64,000 nucleotides of DNA from a virus, in the IMG/VR virus record IMGVR_UViG_3300050343_000285, positions 32,001-96,000 of that record, one strand, 5' to 3'. A program made the translations under genes and the position numbers. Of the stretch, positions 17,601-24,511 are shown in pieces. The first letter of the stretch is position 1. Every line of letters starts with the position of its first letter. The notes below the pieces were generated by a model. It saw only the letters and a program-made list of their open reading frames with translations, had not been told where the DNA came from and searched no databases.

Positions 17601-20399
17601 CGCATGTTGGAAGCTGATCCAGCTACACAAACCAGCGCCTTGGGCGCAGGTCAGATAGCTAAGTTGACTTCGAAGATTAATAGATATCAAAGAGCTTTAG
17701 GTCTCTTAGCAGATAGTACTGATAAAGCTTCTAACGCATTGAAAAAAATTGATGAGCAGCAAAGAATCTCTGCTGGTCGTAGAACTGGAGTAATGGATTT
17801 TCTGTCTAATATCAATAACCCAGAAGCTTTGCTTGGTATGAGAAGAGATCAGGTTTCCTATTCTAATGTAATGTCTGGAACAGGAACTATTAATGATATT
17901 GCTCAGGGTATTTCTCAATTAAGACTTGTTGAAAATACACAAACCCCAGAGGACTTCGCTAGAACTCAAGAAGCATTTTTTAATAATGCTATGGGCATAC
18001 TTGAATCTTCTGGTGGAAATCCTGAAGTCTTTAGGCAGTTCAAAGAAATGTTTGCTGCTGATTTTGGTCCACAAGGACAGAACCCAGCTATATCTCCTTT
18101 TGTAGATGCATTTAGGCAAGCTTCAGAGAAGCAAATAGAGGCAGCTAAGGTGCAATCTGGATTAATAACTAGCGGTGCTGAAATTGCCGGAGATGCTTTA
18201 CGCAAAGGGGCTGAGGACTTTACATCAAAGATGAAAGTAGCTACAGATGCTATAGTAGCTGAACTTAATGGGGTAGCTGATAGACTTGGTTTAGGACAGC
18301 CTAGTGGCAGTCAAACGTTTGCTAATGGAGGTGTAGTATATGCTTCTGCTGGTCAGATGATTAATTTCCAACCAAAAGGTACAGACACAGTACCAGCAAT
18401 GCTTACTCCTGGCGAATTTGTTGTTAATAGAGCATCAACTTCTAAAAACCTACCTTTACTTAAGTCTATAAATAGTGGAGGTTACAGTAGAGGAGGAAGT
18501 GTATCTTATTATGATCAAGGAGGCTATGTATCAACTAGTGGTAATAAATTTCAAGGGGCTCAAAATAAACTTGATAAAAATTTAGAAACAGATTTTCAAG
18601 AACTTATTAGTGGCATATTAAAGGAATCTAAACAAGAATTACCAATGCAGGATGCTGGTTCTTATCAGATTCAAAAGAATATGTTTAAACGTAATAGGAA
18701 ATTGACCAACAAAATGACTGGTATACAGTCTGGTATGGACTTTTTTAATAATTTAGATAGTGGTGATTCTAGAAAGATAAAAAAACTAGACGTATTCAAA
18801 ACTCCTTCACAAACAATTACTAATAAAGATTTATACAGAACACTTGCTGGAGATAACAGGCTGGTTTCTTCAATAAATCCATATTTAACATCAGGTAAAG
18901 AAAATTCTTGGTGGAGTTTCTTTGAAGGACAGGGAAAAAACAACGAAAAATATAAAGGTAATTTAGCAGACTCTAAAGCTACCATAGAAACTCTTGGACC
19001 TAAACTTGATCAGTATTCCGGTATTATGGGAGATAGAATATCTGAACTTCCTGAACTTAAGAAAGTAGCAGCTAAAGATAGATCGATTGCATCAAGAAGA
19101 AAAATTCCTGAACTTGAATCGTTAAAACAAAGAAAAGGACTTATTGATGGTCTTATTGATTTTAGGGCTTTTGGTCAAGGACTTGTAGATACTGATAGCA
19201 TACGACATCTTTTCGGTTTTGGCGACACTGCGCTTGGTGGATCCGGTGGAAGTAGCACTGGTAAATATAGTAATGATCTGACATCTTTAATAAAAACTGG
19301 TTTATTGCCTGAAGATATCTTAGACGAAGGCGCTAAAGAAGGTGTGAGAAAAGGTCTAAGAAATGCTGCCATAGGATTAGGTGCTGGGGCTGCGGTAGCA
19401 GCGGCTCCTTTTACTGGTGGTGCTAGCTTAGCTTCTCTTGGATTAATGTTGGGTGGCACTATGGGTGTTAGCATGGGTGCTATTAATATTGCAGATATGA
19501 TAGAAGAACAACAATTTCAAAAACTAAAAAATAGTGATCCTTTAACCTATGAAAAGATTAGAGCTTTAAAAGATAATGAAAACTTTAAATCTACAGCGAG
19601 CACGTACGAAGGTTTAATAGATATTGCGGATTTGGGTGTGTCTGCTGGTCCCGGTGTTGCTAAATTTTTGCGCAATAGAGGTAGCAGATTAATGAAGAGT
19701 GTCGTTAAACCTGGTGCTATAGGTATGGCGGATGATGCTGTTAGTCCTGGTAGTAAACAATTGCTAAAAGATATTACATCAGATAGTCCTTCTACTAAAA
19801 ATAGTCCTTCTACTAAAAAACCTCCTAAACTTAAAGGTGGCACAAATCCCGATACAATAATGCGAATGACAGATGATGTTCGCTCAATGCTTACTAAGAT
19901 TGAAGGTCAGAGAGGTAGTGAATTAGCTGCAAGTTTTTCTAAAGCTGGTTCAGATAATCTTCTCCAGAATGTTCGAAATTCTCTGGATATATTAGGAGTA
20001 AATCCTGAAGACTTTTATAAAGTTTTACCTAGAGAGATTTCAGTTTCTGATAACTTACCGGGTGCTCTAGGTTTCTTCCGATCTAATCAAGGAGCTTTTG
20101 GAGATATGGGAGATATAGGAATTAGAAGATCCGCTTATGCAAAAACTTTGTATCATGAAATGACTCATTCTATGATGGATCAGATAAAAAAGAAGAGACC
20201 GGAAGCTTGGACAAGATATCAAGACAAGGTGAAGAGTGTGTTTTCAGGAAAAGATCCTCATAAGCTTGGTGATGCTATTACCTCTTTGAGTAAAAATTAT
20301 CAACCTGCAGATATGATGTATGGAAGATATTATAAATTACTAAGATTGCAAAAATTTGGTCAAAAAACATGGCAAAGGAACGTACCAAAAAATTACTAA
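11601..20399 (+). CDS. Tape measure protein, N-terminal ORF (2932 aa); probably continues through +1 breaks to 24484
   Basis: TP901-type TMP core (FDRQLIRLSQVTGTS...QISVTLAQAG...TGLRTIFTRI), long helical/Gly-Ala-rich and hydrophobic segments, position after tube and chaperone genes. Confidence 0.85.
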   Translation: MAAAFNLTAQINLRGPRNTRAIASQMRKQLSGVKVKVDLDLKGASAKNVANINKQLQGLSRNAALAHKNVARLNQSVVQLGAGLKGMGAGSVQSIAKVQKQVNNAGKSIDTATSQIQEFGKQSGLAIRRFAAFSAVTGVVYGLTNAINSAYKEFVQFDRQLIRLSQVTGTSVAGLQGITKEITSLSTNLGVASTDLMQISVTLAQAGLSAQEAKTALEALAKSSLAPSFDNLNDTVEGSIALMKQFSISSTDLEAALGSVNAVAASFAVEAGDIIKAIQRTGGVFASASKGVSTGTQALNEFVALFTSVRSTTREGAETIATGLRTIFTRIQRGSTIESLKEFGITLTDLEGKFVGPFEAVKRLSQGLSGLDPRDLRFGQIVEELGGFRQIGKVIPLIQQFATAQKALGVAQSGQGSLSKAAIQAQASLAVQFEKTRQSFVGLIREIGDSTTFRTIATVSLTTANAFISLAGALKPLLPMLTALTAIKGASILSEFGSGFLGGVGKSGGGGGGGGLGGLLGGGKGPKGSGGGRKGSPASLKANTAALAANTSTMAELIASMQNLNSMIAGMSGGSTKAFASGGLVPGSGNRDTVSAKLTPGEYVIRKKAVEKIGADKLSKLNRGGRIQKFVTGGSVEELAEQRGVSATDIVAQEIQNAKSIKNVKELAGIDNRSKFSKSLNNILRKGVYDDPSNPEALATAIDVINKVLAKKAGDAEKLEGEKAVAPSYALVGLRGKPADHFMEAEDGTMVNLVGRRAKFGRSYDKQMREGFVGTVQDVAGSMAQKIGGGTKVKIPDKKGLARAGLYNAIGAYLEAAVASIGAPYDKDQSNDPLDFEKGLGPAASMFGVPSDMPADTTRTVFGKGKSPAKFLDQVNRYRKNRMATGGSVEDTVPALLTPGEYVLNKKAAQKLGSQKLDKLNKADKIQGFNKGGAVGFVQRFAAGGGVQADQAAYVARMAKKLGMTVEKYEKSIRNRILNQAEKQATSKTGAQTDLLNVLVKNIESIGDADVENLVRGQAQELVEKIYGGADQIDPDVLSDSIDDLVASMKSGLSIEEIKASSSQWAETLDMQINASGEVAKAQENMAKKLGFLSSGMKTKDIDIRARQSLNEGKFGSFDKMNLRNAQTNIESGFGSILDNIGQKLSTANIPGMNKLSKAFPDAANKITSIGDKMGGLTGILGSGATILSTQLPKMFDSFDKLTGSVSDHSETLAGVTGALSSGGSFGMSGAILGQQAFGRRGAAIGGVAGMAGGAISGFIKESTARELENAMRGVTAASSNLDKTLGRLDMAQTIEERQELVQQLNRDYENLNQALNQSAQEIEKNRIWNALSSGLEGFMSSLTTVIGFMAAAKISAAASSFIPRGKAKGGSIGFNTGGMVPVKLASGEGVFTPPLPTSIGNLKKMNQADRNGYKPNFAGGMGIVPGSGSGEVDNYDTMLPEGSYVIRAKAMKSMQAATGGRIGSSSVGVKGYASGGGVQGYFLGGLIRPLIKVGFRTIGPYLTKALVQGVKTTGLIAAVNLIPAAIQGALGFLDNTATDQQLAAQVASLEQLRKLVDIQTNFVVKDQKSSQRLLSQMDPIERANLTTEQRQAMYASPTSASGDFNELNILGSRQARAKLSGAGFDVGQGQGIQEYLDSLNSNDRQAAEELVVEANQELAKRIYIEARQREGIELSTARKEFESSDPETQTKVKKRIDEELGSQNRRIALARRMMVVNRQLQKFTLSLTDVMNRLGSTMQRVTSEIVSSTNRLSQLSGEFTGETVGAANPSEKMAQTLSNITAYSAQELARVVDGVNSSLGNTKETRQMGDLIKGLQIIQKELPLILRDTAEGGDLDAGAESSIRDRLDTMFAGVDIGNNIKKNLEDSIINYITDSTGNRQGMSYEDLANNIEGLKELDAAAEKARSTFEDYANKQIETNRLLGGVSNQLASQLDKLKDNVIKVRDIQLQSALQLADKFNKTISLSDLNSPFNNSVKGLTGGTTDAAEIGRIIAEAIEQKRMLEADPATQTSALGAGQIAKLTSKINRYQRALGLLADSTDKASNALKKIDEQQRISAGRRTGVMDFLSNINNPEALLGMRRDQVSYSNVMSGTGTINDIAQGISQLRLVENTQTPEDFARTQEAFFNNAMGILESSGGNPEVFRQFKEMFAADFGPQGQNPAISPFVDAFRQASEKQIEAAKVQSGLITSGAEIAGDALRKGAEDFTSKMKVATDAIVAELNGVADRLGLGQPSGSQTFANGGVVYASAGQMINFQPKGTDTVPAMLTPGEFVVNRASTSKNLPLLKSINSGGYSRGGSVSYYDQGGYVSTSGNKFQGAQNKLDKNLETDFQELISGILKESKQELPMQDAGSYQIQKNMFKRNRKLTNKMTGIQSGMDFFNNLDSGDSRKIKKLDVFKTPSQTITNKDLYRTLAGDNRLVSSINPYLTSGKENSWWSFFEGQGKNNEKYKGNLADSKATIETLGPKLDQYSGIMGDRISELPELKKVAAKDRSIASRRKIPELESLKQRKGLIDGLIDFRAFGQGLVDTDSIRHLFGFGDTALGGSGGSSTGKYSNDLTSLIKTGLLPEDILDEGAKEGVRKGLRNAAIGLGAGAAVAAAPFTGGASLASLGLMLGGTMGVSMGAINIADMIEEQQFQKLKNSDPLTYEKIRALKDNENFKSTASTYEGLIDIADLGVSAGPGVAKFLRNRGSRLMKSVVKPGAIGMADDAVSPGSKQLLKDITSDSPSTKNSPSTKKPPKLKGGTNPDTIMRMTDDVRSMLTKIEGQRGSELAASFSKAGSDNLLQNVRNSLDILGVNPEDFYKVLPREISVSDNLPGALGFFRSNQGAFGDMGDIGIRRSAYAKTLYHEMTHSMMDQIKKKRPEAWTRYQDKVKSVFSGKDPHKLGDAITSLSKNYQPADMMYGRYYKLLRLQKFGQKTWQRNVPKNY
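13335..13502 (+). repeat. TMP repeat module 1
   Basis: FASGGLVPGSGNRDTVSAKLTPGEYVIRKKAV...LNRGGRIQKFVTGG. Confidence 0.85.
14247..14441 (+). repeat. TMP repeat module 2
   Basis: MATGGSVEDTVPALLTPGEYVLNKKAA...LNKADKIQGFNKGG...FAAGGG. Confidence 0.85.
15699..16058 (+). repeat. TMP repeat modules 3a/3b (degenerate tandem pair)
   Basis: FNTGGMVPVKLASGEGVF...MN and FAGGMGIVPGSGSGEVDNYDTMLPEGSYVIRAKAM...YASGGG...YFLGG. Confidence 0.7.
18318..18530 (+). repeat. TMP repeat module 4
   Basis: FANGG...QPKGTDTVPAMLTPGEFVVNRASTSKNLPLLKSINSGGYSRGG...YDQGG. Confidence 0.85.
19785..19820 (+). repeat. 18-nt tandem duplication (SPSTKN SPSTKK)
   Basis: AGTCCTTCTACTAAAAAT / AGTCCTTCTACTAAAAAA. Confidence 0.85.
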
Positions 20400-22773
20400 G
20401 AAATATCCATCGCTAAGGACATTCTTAGATAATCCAGGTAATTATAAGCAGCCTTATGATGGTGCTACAGATGCCATAATGAATGGAGCATTAACAGATT
20501 TAGGGGCTAGCCCAGCACAATTAACCTGGGATGCTAGTTCTGGCATGGAAGAATTTTTAACAAAATTGGTTGATAGCGCTAATGATATGAGTAACAAGCA
20601 AAGAAAAGGCTTAGGAGGTATATTAGATAACCTGTTGATGGGTCCACCTCCACCACCAATATCTAGGAACAATAGCGCATTAAAAAGTTTAGATACTCCT
20701 AATAAATTAACAGTTATGAAACAGTCATGGAGTAGATTTACCAAGCCTATCAGAAGATTTATGGGTGATGACCCCGATATCTTTTATGGATCAGATTCAC
20801 TTCCTGTTATGGTAGAAAATTCATTCCCCTCGACTGTAGCAGGAGGGGTATTGGCAGGGGCGATAGCGGCTGCTGAAGACCTTTATTCAAATCCGACAGC
20901 TGGTAGTGGTTCTGCTAGTGGTAGTTCTTCTAGTGGTAGTTCTGCTAGTGGTAGTTCTTCTAGTGGTGGTTCTGCTAGTGGTGGTTCTTCTGGTGCAAGC
21001 ACTTCTGTTCCACCTACTAGTAGTAGTGCTGGAGGTAGCGCTGGAAGTAGTGGCGCACAAGAAGCTATAGAACAACACTTGGAAGAGACTAGAAGAGTTT
21101 TTGCAACGACTAACGCTTCTCTTTTAGATGCTACTGGAGGAGAAGGTATAGGTGAGGATAATAGTAGATATAGTTTTGGACAAGCTGTTCAAGGTCGTAA
21201 TAAAGGTCTTGTAGATCCTCTTGATGCTGTCAATTATTATGCTAGAAGAATTCGTATTCCTGAATTTGAGCTTGGTGGTACTAGTCAAAAGGGTGGTGTT
21301 GCTGCTGGTGAGCTATTAACTGAAGATCAAAGACAAGTATATGAGAGTCAATATTATGATGTTTTAAATAAAATTAAATCATTGTATAAATCTAGCGGTA
21401 TGTCTCCTGATCCAGCAAAATTATCAGATTTTACCAATGAAAGAGATTTACTTAAAGAAGTTTTAGATAGTGATTATAGGGCTCAATTTAATCTTGGCCA
21501 ACCTACTAAAGCGCCTAAATTCAATTTAACATCTCCTACACAACCTAATAGTAGTCCTCCTAGCAATGCTGAAAAAATGATGCTAGAGGATGATGTACCA
21601 AAAGATAATAAAAGATTATTAGAGTTGATGTCACATATAAAAACTGGAACAACTACCAAAACTAATGAAGAGATTTTAAAACCTTTTGGCTCAAGATTTA
21701 CCAGTGTTGGTCAATCTTTAAACGAAGCGTTAAAACCAGGCTCAAAGATAGATTATCAAAAACAAGTTTTATCAGATTTTAATAAACTTAAAGCAGATTA
21801 TTTAAAAGCTTATGCTGCTCCACAAGATGTTACAGCTACCAATATTGGTTTTTCAAGTAGCACAAGTGGGCCTTCATCAACTCAAAAAGCTATAGCAGAG
21901 CTTAATCTTTTAAAAAAGGATAAATCAGCAAAGACTCAGGATCCGCAATTTATGTCTTCTCCAGGTGGTTTACCAATTACACCAGCAGAGTTAAATAAGG
22001 TGAACGATGATGTAAATAGTTTAGTAGCAAAATATCAAGGTCAATATGGACAACAGAGCCCAGCAGACTTAAAAGATATTCTGCAAAAAGCTACTGAAAG
22101 AAGAGATCTTCTTAGAATTCAACACGGAAACTGGGATAAGTATTATAAAGAAAAAAGCGGATATGATAAGAAAAGATTAGAGTTTGAGTTTTTAGAAAAA
22201 AGATGGAATTTCAGAGATGAGCTTAAGGCAGATCCTGAAGGTAGAATGTCCGGAGGTGGACAATTTGGTATGGGTTCTTTAGAATATGCATTATTTAACC
22301 ACCCAAGCCCTATCGGTAAAGTAAATCCTTTTGAGGTATTCAAAAAAGATCCTGAAAGTACACTTTATGGTAGACCTGCTACAGATCTTGATTCTGTCAT
22401 GGGCTCAGTCAATAAAACTACTAATAAGATTATTGAAAATCTAATTAAAAATTATGGACAAGCTTTAGGTATTAATCCAGGTTTACCTATACCGAAAAAA
22501 TCCAGTGATATGGATACTTGGCTTAGTAATATTAATCCCGACGCTGTATCATTAATGGATAGTAGTGTGCCAAATCCAGGATGGATGTTGGATGTTTTAA
22601 AAAATCAGTACACCCCAGGTAGGGTTTCAAACGGTGAGACGCTTGCAAGTAAATTTGGATTATGGAGTGTTACTGGTGCTAAAAATGGTTGGAATAGTAA
22701 CTTTGGTAAAGATTATGAAGCAGAATTCCAAAAAAGAGTTAGAGAAAAATTGACAGATTGTATACGAACTTAA
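20356..22773 (+). CDS. TMP middle ORF (cargo region); likely the same protein as 11601-20399
   Basis: Overlaps the upstream ORF in the +1 frame at CAAAAATTTGG; removing one A gives LRLQNLVKKHGK. Carries the EEF motif that may complete the upstream HEMTH peptidase. Confidence 0.55.
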   Translation: MVKKHGKGTYQKITKKYPSLRTFLDNPGNYKQPYDGATDAIMNGALTDLGASPAQLTWDASSGMEEFLTKLVDSANDMSNKQRKGLGGILDNLLMGPPPPPISRNNSALKSLDTPNKLTVMKQSWSRFTKPIRRFMGDDPDIFYGSDSLPVMVENSFPSTVAGGVLAGAIAAAEDLYSNPTAGSGSASGSSSSGSSASGSSSSGGSASGGSSGASTSVPPTSSSAGGSAGSSGAQEAIEQHLEETRRVFATTNASLLDATGGEGIGEDNSRYSFGQAVQGRNKGLVDPLDAVNYYARRIRIPEFELGGTSQKGGVAAGELLTEDQRQVYESQYYDVLNKIKSLYKSSGMSPDPAKLSDFTNERDLLKEVLDSDYRAQFNLGQPTKAPKFNLTSPTQPNSSPPSNAEKMMLEDDVPKDNKRLLELMSHIKTGTTTKTNEEILKPFGSRFTSVGQSLNEALKPGSKIDYQKQVLSDFNKLKADYLKAYAAPQDVTATNIGFSSSTSGPSSTQKAIAELNLLKKDKSAKTQDPQFMSSPGGLPITPAELNKVNDDVNSLVAKYQGQYGQQSPADLKDILQKATERRDLLRIQHGNWDKYYKEKSGYDKKRLEFEFLEKRWNFRDELKADPEGRMSGGGQFGMGSLEYALFNHPSPIGKVNPFEVFKKDPESTLYGRPATDLDSVMGSVNKTTNKIIENLIKNYGQALGINPGLPIPKKSSDMDTWLSNINPDAVSLMDSSVPNPGWMLDVLKNQYTPGRVSNGETLASKFGLWSVTGAKNGWNSNFGKDYEAEFQKRVREKLTDCIRT
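20902..20991 (+). repeat. 15-nt tandem repeat (~6 units) encoding a Ser/Gly linker
   Basis: Units AGTGGT[A/G]GTTCT[G/T]CT at 20917, 20932, 20947, 20962, 20977 plus a degenerate unit at 20902. Confidence 0.9.
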
Positions 22774-22858
22774 AGGTAAAAGAGCAGACACGCTTGATGG
22801 AGGTAAAGTATCTACTCAGGAAAGTATCATAGACTCTTTAGCTACATATAGTGGTTTA

Positions 22859-24484
22859 ATGAATCCTGCGGTTTATAGAGCTGGTAATCCTGCGTTTGGT
22901 CCTTTGATTATACCTAAAAATAATGCTAATATACCAGACGATAAAAAGGTTGCAAGATATAGAAAAGATATTGGAAGAGCATACCAAGCCTACACTAAAT
23001 CTAATTTTGATATGACATTTGGCGGCCGTACTAGTGTAGATGGATATCAAGCAATTGCTGATAGATTAGGTATTCCTTTAGGTGGAGAAGCTCTTAGAGA
23101 AACAGTTTTAACAGATAGAAATGCTTTAAAAAGAATTAAAGAAGGTAGAACTTTTGCTGTAGGCAGAGCAGGTAAAGGTACGGAAGGAGCTAAACAAAGT
23201 ACTGGTATCGCCAATCTTTTTGCTGCTGGTCGTAGTGCCGAGGTACCAGAGGGTGATCGTGGCAGATTCACAGATTTAGACGGTAATGAAGAAAAAAGTA
23301 AAACCATATTAGGATTACTAGCTAGTGGATTGAATTTTAGTAATAGATTAGGTATTACTAATAGACAATCTAGACTAGATTATGTTAAAGATTTTAAATT
23401 TGCTGATCTTTTACAAGATCCTATATACGCTAAATATGAAAAAGATCATTTAGATCCTAGTATCTCAGCCCTCAAACCTGTGTATAAAGTTTGGGATTCA
23501 TTAAAAAATTATTTTGTTAAAGATGGTCTAACTACCGCTAGAATTATTGATGAAAATGCTTCTGGAGTTGTTAGTCGAACTCAAAAAAGTAAAAATGATA
23601 GATTTCTTATTGGTGGCAAACCGATAGGGGCAGAGAATTTCTTAGATAATTATGCAAATGCTTTGAAAGATGGTAAAGATCCTTATAGTTTAATTCTTGA
23701 GGGTGCTAGTATTCTCAAAGATGCTACAAAGGACGGAGGCGCATTTAGCTCAATAGTAGGTAAACCAACTCCTTTTAATAATAAAGAATTTATCTTAGCT
23801 AAAAAAGAAATACAAATGCAAGATCCGCTTAATAGAGCAAAAGGCGGTTCAATACCAAATTATTTCAGTGGTGGTGGCTCTACACTTGTAAACTATCAAG
23901 CCAAAGGGACGGATACTGTGCCCGCGATGCTTACTCCGGGAGAGTTTGTAATTAATAGGGCCGCTACCCAAAAACATCTTCCATTATTAAAATCTATAAA
24001 TAATGGATCAATGCCTTCTAGCATAAGCGGTACTACATACGCCAGATCCGGCGGTGTTATACAAGCTAGGAACTATTTTGATGGAGGTCTTGGTAAGATG
24101 GGAAATCTTGCTTCAGGAGGTCTTGGCTTAGATTTATCGAGTGCTGAAGGTGTATTTAATACATTTATTAGAAACTTTAGTAGTGAAACTAGTGCTTTTG
24201 GTGGGCTTATTAATAACTTAGCTAGAGTCTTCCCTGCTCTTAGCGGACCTGTTAATAATTTTGGCAATCATGTTGATAAACTAGTTAATGCCCTTAATGG
24301 TCTTAAAAATATAGAAATAAAAGGACCAAATATTCCAGATACAATTAATGTTAATAGTGAGACTATTAGGGTCGAATTAATAGCACCACAAGATAGTAAC
24401 TATAAATTAAGTGATGATGATAGAAGACAGATTACTCAGTCTTTAGAAACTAGACTAAAAGAATTGACTACATTAGGTAGATAA
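22859..24484 (+). CDS. TMP C-terminal ORF; likely the same protein
   Basis: Frame is open upstream to 22754 and overlaps the previous ORF end; no strong SD at 22859; contains a DTVPAMLTPGE module nearly identical to the one at 18318. Confidence 0.55.
   Translation: MNPAVYRAGNPAFGPLIIPKNNANIPDDKKVARYRKDIGRAYQAYTKSNFDMTFGGRTSVDGYQAIADRLGIPLGGEALRETVLTDRNALKRIKEGRTFAVGRAGKGTEGAKQSTGIANLFAAGRSAEVPEGDRGRFTDLDGNEEKSKTILGLLASGLNFSNRLGITNRQSRLDYVKDFKFADLLQDPIYAKYEKDHLDPSISALKPVYKVWDSLKNYFVKDGLTTARIIDENASGVVSRTQKSKNDRFLIGGKPIGAENFLDNYANALKDGKDPYSLILEGASILKDATKDGGAFSSIVGKPTPFNNKEFILAKKEIQMQDPLNRAKGGSIPNYFSGGGSTLVNYQAKGTDTVPAMLTPGEFVINRAATQKHLPLLKSINNGSMPSSISGTTYARSGGVIQARNYFDGGLGKMGNLASGGLGLDLSSAEGVFNTFIRNFSSETSAFGGLINNLARVFPALSGPVNNFGNHVDKLVNALNGLKNIEIKGPNIPDTINVNSETIRVELIAPQDSNYKLSDDDRRQITQSLETRLKELTTLGR
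23834..24088 (+). repeat. TMP repeat module 5
   Basis: RAKGG..YFSGGG...QAKGTDTVPAMLTPGEFVINRAATQKHLPLLKSINNG...YFDGG. Confidence 0.85.
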
Positions 24485-24511
24485 GTATTATATATTAAGG
24501 AATAATATTTT

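Noticed and set aside
20902-20991. Short repeat as a CRISPR array or origin iterons
   Set aside because: No spacers; the unit is 15 nt, in frame, with codon-level variation encoding a Ser/Gly linker. The antisense ORF 20887-21078 is its shadow.
20340-22860. Programmed frameshifts at the two TMP breaks
   Set aside because: The first break sits in an A5 run and both are +1, matching the error pattern elsewhere. I saw no convincing stimulatory structure. The second break is not in a homopolymer, so a genuine gene boundary there is not excluded.
13335-24088. TMP repeats as DGR template/variable repeats
   Set aside because: Similarity is at the protein level with synonymous differences not limited to adenines, and no reverse transcriptase is present in the window.
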